Positions 57,482 through 64,000 of a stretch of 64,000 nt of DNA are shown here, piece after piece. How positions within the stretch are numbered: the stretch's first letter is position 1; each line of letters begins with the position of its first letter. The notes under the pieces are model-generated. The model ran no database searches, was not told the DNA's origin, and was given only the letters and a program-made list of their open reading frames with translations. The stretch is from positions 1 to 64,000 of IMG/VR virus record IMGVR_UViG_3300042340_000379; one strand, written 5' to 3'. The position numbers and the translations under genes were made by a program.

Positions 57482-58807
57482 ATGATTGTATGTTTTACAG
57501 CCGATTTGCAAAATGCCCTTCGGTACTTTGCACCAACAGAGAATGAGAACTTTTACGCCAGCACACCCCCTGGTGATATTAGGCAATGCTGTCTGTTTGA
57601 AGTAAAGACAGAAGAAGTCTTCCTTAGCGTATTCGGCCAGGATGATTGTTGGATTCAGCAACGAGTAAAAACATCGCTTTCCCCTATGGGAATTAAGATG
57701 CTTATCACTCGCGACTCTCTAGAAAAGCTAAAGAAATTTCCAACAGATACTCAGCTTGAACTAAGGGAGAGCAGCGATGGCGTACTGGCCACTTCATTCA
57801 GAGAGTTTAACGCTAAAGGGCACCCAATTAAGCTAGACCAGGTTATTCTACAGCCCTACCCTGGGACACTAGACGCTTTTCCTACTCCGCAGTTTGCCAA
57901 TAACCTGCTGGCTGAAATTCCAGCAAAGAAGTTCTATGAACTGATCGCCACAGTTCTAGAGTGTGGGGAACACAAAAAGGATAAAACTAGGCCTATCCGT
58001 CTATCTGTAAATCCATTTAGAGTTGAGACAAACTCTGCGACTTGCAGCAAATTTAGGTTTGAGCTTTCAACCTCATCAATAGGTGAGATTAAAGATACCT
58101 GGATGCTACGTGGATCCCATCTCCCTCTTATCTTAGGTGTTACATCAAAAGCATCTGAAAGTAATGTTGAAATTCACTACAGCCCCGGTGTTCCATCAGA
58201 GAGTCCTGAAAGCCTTACTTTTCACGGAGACTTAGGTTCAGCTAGCCTCCCTATCCAAAAGGGAGTAGACTTTGAGTCATTCAAGAGGGGCCTAGACTAC
58301 ATCTCTATTTTTCCTAAAGCAGAGCTAGTAGCAGAGCGGCAGATTCAGCGCGATCGCCTGGAAGACGCTCTCAAGATCCAACATCCTGGCGCGGCAACCA
58401 CCCCTACCGTAATTCTCTCTCAAGAGAATACAAATCTGCGCTTATCAAAGCAAGGGGACGTGACAAAGAAGGAAGTATCTAACCTCCCCTTTGTAATTAC
58501 TGAAGGAGTAGACAACTGGCCTGAATGTCGAATTGACTATAACGCTCTGGTACTTCTCACTAGCCTAACCCGCCGATTGAAAAGCATCCATGAAGCTGAA
58601 ACTGACCTGATTAAGTTGAGGCTAGCCAGCCATTGCGTCAATTCAGCTAGACAGCGGGCACGCCGTTCCCGGCAGAAGGACTATCTTATCAATGTGGTTC
58701 TTTCCGAAAAAGAATCGGGCTATCAAATTGTTATTCCGGTACAAGTCGATGAAATACCCCAGGCGTTGGAAAGCAAACCAGTTGATGTGGCTACTACAGC
58801 CGCTTGA
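57482..58807 (+). CDS. hypothetical protein, possible divergent beta sliding clamp
   Basis: Size, alternating alpha/beta pattern, L..AL start, FP linker, position in replication block with clamp loader. Confidence 0.35.
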   Translation: MIVCFTADLQNALRYFAPTENENFYASTPPGDIRQCCLFEVKTEEVFLSVFGQDDCWIQQRVKTSLSPMGIKMLITRDSLEKLKKFPTDTQLELRESSDGVLATSFREFNAKGHPIKLDQVILQPYPGTLDAFPTPQFANNLLAEIPAKKFYELIATVLECGEHKKDKTRPIRLSVNPFRVETNSATCSKFRFELSTSSIGEIKDTWMLRGSHLPLILGVTSKASESNVEIHYSPGVPSESPESLTFHGDLGSASLPIQKGVDFESFKRGLDYISIFPKAELVAERQIQRDRLEDALKIQHPGAATTPTVILSQENTNLRLSKQGDVTKKEVSNLPFVITEGVDNWPECRIDYNALVLLTSLTRRLKSIHEAETDLIKLRLASHCVNSARQRARRSRQKDYLINVVLSEKESGYQIVIPVQVDEIPQALESKPVDVATTAA

Positions 58808-58893
58808 TGTCGTAAGACTAAACGGAAAATACTACACTGTAGAGCAAATTTTACGATCAGATATTCCAGGAAGTATCCCAAGGGCACTTGGCC

Positions 58894-59679
58894 ATGTTAC
58901 CGATTTTCGACCCGAGCAAAGCGACAGGGCCAGTCTACAGGAATGAACCTCACCCCCTCATTCCATTCGATCGCAGCTGTGAAGCTTGTACGCTAAGCTG
59001 TGGAAAAGCAGTACCTGGCGCAGGGCCTGCCGACTTATCTAAAGTCAAGCTCATAGTCCTATCTGACTATCCCGGCCCTTATGAGCAGCAGTATGGCTGG
59101 CCTCAAGTTCCGGCCCCTTATGTTAGATATGAAGAAGATAAAGCTAAACAAAAGCGGCGTAGGGTTAAGTTCCCCTGGAAAAATTCAGGGGAGTTCCTGC
59201 GCCTCATTCTCAAAGAAGAACTGGGACTCGATCCCTGGGAAGAAGTGTTCTATACAAACGGTGTACAATGTTCTCCATTTCGTGGCAAAGAGAAGATCAA
59301 TATCAACTTGACGCATATTCGACCATGTGTAAACCGACATGTTCGGAAGATGATCGAGGCACTGGACGATAACTGTCCTTACGCCCCGATTGTAGTGGCG
59401 GGGGGTAAAGCAGCTCTCCCCGCCTTCAATCTTTTGTATGATACAAAGTTTAAGAGCATTCAGTCTATGCTCCATGTCAAAGACGTTATTGTAGAAGAGC
59501 GGAGAGTCGCGTTTACCAATAACCCTGCTGCCGTGGCTAAAGGGGAGGCTCGCTTGATCAGCTCTATGGTTACGTCAAATGGGGTGTTCCAGCCTTCCAA
59601 AGTTAGACCTTGGAAATTGCTGGGGACACCTCAGTGGCATTTTGTTAACTCTATTAAATGGCTAGAGGATTATTTATGA
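58894..59679 (+). CDS. uracil-DNA glycosylase family 4-like protein (divergent)
   Basis: CEACTL, VPGAGP, DYPG..E, SG..L, YTN.V.C.P, PC, IV..G. Confidence 0.7.
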   Translation: MLPIFDPSKATGPVYRNEPHPLIPFDRSCEACTLSCGKAVPGAGPADLSKVKLIVLSDYPGPYEQQYGWPQVPAPYVRYEEDKAKQKRRRVKFPWKNSGEFLRLILKEELGLDPWEEVFYTNGVQCSPFRGKEKININLTHIRPCVNRHVRKMIEALDDNCPYAPIVVAGGKAALPAFNLLYDTKFKSIQSMLHVKDVIVEERRVAFTNNPAAVAKGEARLISSMVTSNGVFQPSKVRPWKLLGTPQWHFVNSIKWLEDYL

Positions 59680-59885
59680 AGAAAAGTGGCGACCAAGCAT
59701 GCGTGTTAAAAAATGGTTTTGGCTACCTGTCAGGATTACCCAATTCTCCATCTAGTCATGCAGAGATTGCCGACGCCCAAGTGTTTAAGAATAGACAAGA
59801 AGCAATAGAAGCATGGCAGAGTACTAGAGGCTCTGATAACCCTGCTGTTAGAGCCCCTCAAATTATAAATGTGCAAGATCTCTAG
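59676..59885 (+). CDS. hypothetical protein
   Basis: ATGA-coupled. Confidence 0.5.
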   Translation: MKKSGDQACVLKNGFGYLSGLPNSPSSHAEIADAQVFKNRQEAIEAWQSTRGSDNPAVRAPQIINVQDL

Positions 59886-59948
59886 ACAAACTAAAGAAAT
59901 GAAAACAAGAAGATCGTTAAAGTTGAAAACAAAGGAGTATCTATAAGT

Positions 59949-60176
59949 ATGACTAACTTTACTGAACAGTTGAATAGATGGCCGGAAGAGGTTGATTTCT
60001 GGGCAATGCTAGAAGCACACCTAGGCCCGCTGCCAAGAGTCATCCCTGTACCAGGAGCAACTAACTCAGAAGGAACTGAGCCCCTCCTGCTCACCCGAGC
60101 CATAGTAAATGAAGCGCTCTATGCAGAAATGTTTGGCGTGAAAATTGAGGAAGTAAGAGCAGACTCAGAGTCATGA
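59949..60176 (+). CDS. hypothetical protein
   Basis: AAGGAG upstream; ATGA-coupled to the helicase. Confidence 0.55.
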   Translation: MTNFTEQLNRWPEEVDFWAMLEAHLGPLPRVIPVPGATNSEGTEPLLLTRAIVNEALYAEMFGVKIEEVRADSES

Positions 60177-61753
60177 TTACTATCCCCATTCAGCCAGACT
60201 CTGATGTTGAGTTGATTCAAGATACCTTTCTCAACGACCCAGATTACCCTCTCTGGGAAGCTAAAGCAAAAGCTGTCTACGATAAACTTCCAGCCTACTA
60301 CAAAGACAAGCGGCCCTACCAATGGGAATGGCCCGCTATGTACTGCATCAGAAACTCAAACTTGTTCGCCGGGAGTATGGGTATTGGTAAAACCCTAATC
60401 ACCCTTATCCTTATTCAAACTCTCTACCAACTCGATCGCCCTGGCCAGGTTCACATTGCTGTACCGACCATGACTCTCTTTGGAGAATGGAAAGCCGAGC
60501 TTGACCGTGTTATCCCTGGCTCCTATGTTGTAATCAGAAACCAAAACCAGCTCAAAAAAGCAACCGCGCCCATTTTTCTATACACAATGGATCTTCCAAA
60601 GTGTAATTACAAGGTGGCTGAGGATTCTCCTTATGAGGAAGAATACGCAATGGTATCTCTGGCTGATTGGATTACTCAATATCGCGCCCCTGACCTATTT
60701 GTTCTAGATGAGCTAGACGAAGTAAGAAAGCCAAACAGCCAGCGCTATCAACATCTACTTCAAGTACGACAAAGCAGCAACCGTGTTCTAGGTCTAACCG
60801 GCACACCCGCCGAGAGCCCTGAGGACATTCACAATTTATGTCAGTTTATCTACCAAGATGAATGGCCATTCGAGACCCTTAAAGAATTTGAGTACGTCTT
60901 CGTAGACAAAAAAGAACTGAAGACACATTACGTTAAGGGTTCTAAAGAAACAGAGGCTAGTAAACGCTGGCTCTCGCATATCAAATTCCACAAAATTTCT
61001 CAGTACGCCGAGCTGCTGCAGACCTACATTCACCGGGCAACGCTTGATGACCCTGACGTTACTCCTTTTATCACAGTTCCAGAACAGATAGAGAATCACC
61101 AAAGCATCGCTGCTTTACCTGCTACTACTAATCTATATGAGCAAGCCGTAGCAGATAACGCCAGCATGATTAACCTGCTGGCTAAGAGCGATCGCAGTGC
61201 TGAGGCACTTAACTTGTGCAACACCCTCATCAAAACGGTGAATCACCCTAAGCATAAAACCGCAAAGGTTCAAGCGCTTGAGGAGATTCTGGCCCGTCAT
61301 AAGAAAGTTCTTATCTTCACCGATAGAATAGAGTCAGCCCTTTATCTTCATGAAAACCACCACATTGGAACTTGGAATCTAACCTCTGACATGAGTTCTC
61401 TCCAACGGGAGAAACTTCTAGAGGAGGCTAAGACAGAACCAGGTGACCTCATTCTGCCACTGAGGATTGGGTCGAAGGGTCTCAATCTCCCTCAATTCGA
61501 TGCCGTGGTAGTGTATTGCATGGGATGGAGTGGAACCCGTGTCGCCCAGGCCATCCTGCGAGCGGCCAGACCCGGCAGTCAGTACGCCAATGTGAGTGTC
61601 TACTTCCTGTTCCACAAACATATGGTAGACGAACACCAACACTCAGTCATTACTGAAAAGATGCAAAACCTTAAAAAGCTCCTTGACCTTGAGGGGTATG
61701 GAGACTTAATCGAAAATGTCGGCCAGAGCGTCCTCTCTTTAATCAACGCATGA
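60173..61753 (+). CDS. SNF2-like SF2 helicase
   Basis: MGIGKT, LDE, LTGTP, KVLIFT, GLNL, QA..RA.RPG. Confidence 0.88.
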   Translation: MITIPIQPDSDVELIQDTFLNDPDYPLWEAKAKAVYDKLPAYYKDKRPYQWEWPAMYCIRNSNLFAGSMGIGKTLITLILIQTLYQLDRPGQVHIAVPTMTLFGEWKAELDRVIPGSYVVIRNQNQLKKATAPIFLYTMDLPKCNYKVAEDSPYEEEYAMVSLADWITQYRAPDLFVLDELDEVRKPNSQRYQHLLQVRQSSNRVLGLTGTPAESPEDIHNLCQFIYQDEWPFETLKEFEYVFVDKKELKTHYVKGSKETEASKRWLSHIKFHKISQYAELLQTYIHRATLDDPDVTPFITVPEQIENHQSIAALPATTNLYEQAVADNASMINLLAKSDRSAEALNLCNTLIKTVNHPKHKTAKVQALEEILARHKKVLIFTDRIESALYLHENHHIGTWNLTSDMSSLQREKLLEEAKTEPGDLILPLRIGSKGLNLPQFDAVVVYCMGWSGTRVAQAILRAARPGSQYANVSVYFLFHKHMVDEHQHSVITEKMQNLKKLLDLEGYGDLIENVGQSVLSLINA

Positions 61754-62820
61754 CCATCCCCCTTTACCTACAACCCCAATTCGTTCCCCAAACATGGGAA
61801 CAACTAAGAGGGCCCATGTGGCTCCCCCACTTAGCAAAAAAGTGGATCGCGTTCGACAAGCTGCCTCGATATCTTTCAGTGTACGGTGACAGTGGTTCAG
61901 GCAAGACCACATTTACAAAGCTGCTTATTCGCTCTACTCTCTGCCTTAACCGGCAACCAGGACAATCAGACCCCTGTGGCCACTGTGCTGTGTGTAAAAC
62001 TGACCCCTCAATGATGTCAGAACTCAGTAATGTTCACTGGGTTTCTCCAGCTCCTATTACTGGGGAGTCCGAATACAAAGCGGCTCAGCACGCTGTCGAG
62101 TCTGTCTTTGAAGCTCCATTTGGCTACGGCTCTGACGGACATCTTTTTCTTGTATTCGAGGAAGCGCAGCAACTACGAAATGACACCCTAACTAAACTGC
62201 TGCAGTTTGGTGATGTAGACTGCATCGGTAACCATCTAACAATTATTCTTCTATCCATGTCTCCAGAGCGGATTGAGAGCGATATCCGCCAGGCGTTTAG
62301 AGGCAGGGGTCAAGAGATCCAACTGCCTAAACCGTCTACCCGACAGCTAAAAGAATACTTGCAAGAAAACTTTCCCGACATGCCAGAGGAAAGTTGTGAT
62401 CTAATCTCGAAATACACACAAAACTATCGAGATGCTTTGTCTCGAGTTGAAGTAGCCCAACATTTAGACAAAAAGCTAAGACCAGAAATGGTGGCTATTT
62501 CTATTCAACAAATCCCCCGCCAACGGCGATTGGAAATCTGGGAGAAGCTCGCTAACAAATTCACTAAGCGGGCTGACCTTAGAACACTAATTGAAGATAC
62601 CGCTGAACAAGTAGACGCCCGTGCGCTGCTGAATCAAATGCTGCAAGACGCTGAAGAAGCATCTGAGACTTTTGAGAACGATATATTTCTTAATCAGTTG
62701 TTTATTCAGGTAAGTCAAAACTGGGCATTTATGAAACCTTACAACCTTCTAGTCCAACTAGTAGATCACCCAATCGCCCAACTTACTGTCGATTATCTTG
62801 CTGACCTATGCAATCAATAA
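61750..62820 (+). CDS. DnaX (gamma/tau)-like clamp loader subunit
   Basis: PQTW..L.G, GDSGSGKTT, zinc finger C...PCGHCAVC, FEEAQ, RDAL. Confidence 0.8.
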   Translation: MTIPLYLQPQFVPQTWEQLRGPMWLPHLAKKWIAFDKLPRYLSVYGDSGSGKTTFTKLLIRSTLCLNRQPGQSDPCGHCAVCKTDPSMMSELSNVHWVSPAPITGESEYKAAQHAVESVFEAPFGYGSDGHLFLVFEEAQQLRNDTLTKLLQFGDVDCIGNHLTIILLSMSPERIESDIRQAFRGRGQEIQLPKPSTRQLKEYLQENFPDMPEESCDLISKYTQNYRDALSRVEVAQHLDKKLRPEMVAISIQQIPRQRRLEIWEKLANKFTKRADLRTLIEDTAEQVDARALLNQMLQDAEEASETFENDIFLNQLFIQVSQNWAFMKPYNLLVQLVDHPIAQLTVDYLADLCNQ

Positions 62821-63815
62821 GAGAAAGCTTAGAGCCAGGGGTTCTATATCTAGTCACCGGCTCAGCCCAGCAAGTTCGCTATCTTTTGCCTAATCTACCA
62901 ATAGAGCACCTCTATAAGCCAACAACTCAACAGTTCTCCAGAGCTGTAACTGATTCAAGAGAAGAAGAAACGCTGGTTATCATCCAGCCTGACCAGCGAG
63001 TGTATCCAAAGCGTAAAGGAAAGAAAACCACCGAGGCGGATTACAAATATGGATTGCCCCAAGCGTTTGAAGATGAACCTGACCCCGCCGCTTATTTCTT
63101 TATATGCTGCGGGATAGATGCCAAGTCATTCTACAAAAAGTTAGAGGGTGGGCCATACCAGCAACTTGACCTTACAAAGGAGTCCTATGACCTCAAAGAA
63201 CTCGCGCCAGACTCAGACATTCCCAACCTTGAGCAGGCGGCAACAGATTATAGACTTTATCCAACTGGTTTTCTCAACTATCTGGTAAGTTACCCAAACA
63301 TTCAAAGTGATACGGTAACCTATTGGGCAGAGCAGTTCATCCAAGCGCTAGCCGCTGGGCCTCGGCAAGTTGCTCAAATCCCGGCGAGTGAATTGCGCCA
63401 GTACTGTCTTGACCATCTATCCATTAGAGTAGAGACAGAGAATGACCAAGAGGTCTATAGAACCAGCATCCTGTTCAAAAACATGACCGCCGCGTTGGGG
63501 CTAGGAAAGAAAAATCTTGTACCATACAAAAGCTCTCCCTGGGGAGCGCATCAAGAACTCGCTGTCTACATCGGCCCTTTCCTAGAGCTAGCATCAACCA
63601 GGTATCGAAGCAATCCTAAGTTACCTGTAATGGCGTTTGCCAGGTGGGTAGCTGCCGCAAGTAGAGAAACAGGTTATAACAATGGCCTTTCCTTTTACAC
63701 AACAGCGAAAGGTATACGGTACAGTCAATTCAGACCTTCGAGCCAGGCTAAGGAAGCGTGGGCGATACTACTCACACAGCTTCAAAATCCAGTACAATTA
63801 ATAAAGGAACCATAG
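62808..63815 (+). CDS. hypothetical protein (possible second clamp-loader subunit)
   Basis: Coupled to the DnaX-like gene; no Walker A. Confidence 0.5.
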   Translation: MQSIRESLEPGVLYLVTGSAQQVRYLLPNLPIEHLYKPTTQQFSRAVTDSREEETLVIIQPDQRVYPKRKGKKTTEADYKYGLPQAFEDEPDPAAYFFICCGIDAKSFYKKLEGGPYQQLDLTKESYDLKELAPDSDIPNLEQAATDYRLYPTGFLNYLVSYPNIQSDTVTYWAEQFIQALAAGPRQVAQIPASELRQYCLDHLSIRVETENDQEVYRTSILFKNMTAALGLGKKNLVPYKSSPWGAHQELAVYIGPFLELASTRYRSNPKLPVMAFARWVAAASRETGYNNGLSFYTTAKGIRYSQFRPSSQAKEAWAILLTQLQNPVQLIKEP

Positions 63816-63823
63816 AAAATATT

Positions 63824-64000
63824 ATGACTTCAGAACTCGCTACCGTCCAAAATTTAGGCGCTCTTACAACAGAGCAGAAGTCTCAGCTCGCCAATCTCAT
63901 CGGCGTTGATGGAACTAAGTTAGAACGACTCCTCAAGTCTAATCCATCGGCTGTTATCAAGAAAATGAACCTGCTGAAAAATGCAGGCAGTGAAGGCGGT
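63824..64000 (+). CDS. partial ORF running off the window
   Basis: ATG 63824, open to the window end. Confidence 0.6.
   Translation, partial: MTSELATVQNLGALTTEQKSQLANLIGVDGTKLERLLKSNPSAVIKKMNLLKNAGSEGG

Noticed and set aside
10517-61642. Numerous short antisense or alternate-frame ORFs inside long genes
   Set aside because: Shadow ORFs of well-supported CDSs

Overview
A gene-dense, mostly + strand segment of a large tailed phage (or phage-derived element), most likely of a cyanobacterium: there are at least 8 HIP1 GCGATCGC sites and cyanobacterial-type IS200/IS605 ends. It contains many small hypothetical genes, cell-wall hydrolases (M15, M23, lysozyme-like), HU, tail-fibre/virion genes, rIIA/rIIB, a PIF1/RecD-like helicase, PhoH, and a replication block (RecA, split family-A DNA polymerase, UDG-like, SNF2 helicase, DnaX-like clamp loader, possible beta clamp). 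The most striking region is 6.6-14 kb. It holds four copies of a structured ncRNA repeat with fixed internal-loop motifs and covarying stems that resemble Y RNA. A fifth, circularly permuted copy is inserted in the anticodon loop of a tRNA. These sit with tRNA-Lys and other structured RNAs, directly upstream of a helical-repeat/TerD protein (Ro60/TROVE-like by inference) and a PNK-phosphatase-RNA ligase, and together suggest a phage RNA/tRNA-repair ribonucleoprotein system. Other notable items are an IsrB element, two protein-less TnpB-type omega-RNA cassettes, a recurrent palindromic operator, and several frameshifted or nonsense-disrupted genes. All protein calls come from motif recognition by eye, not database searches.
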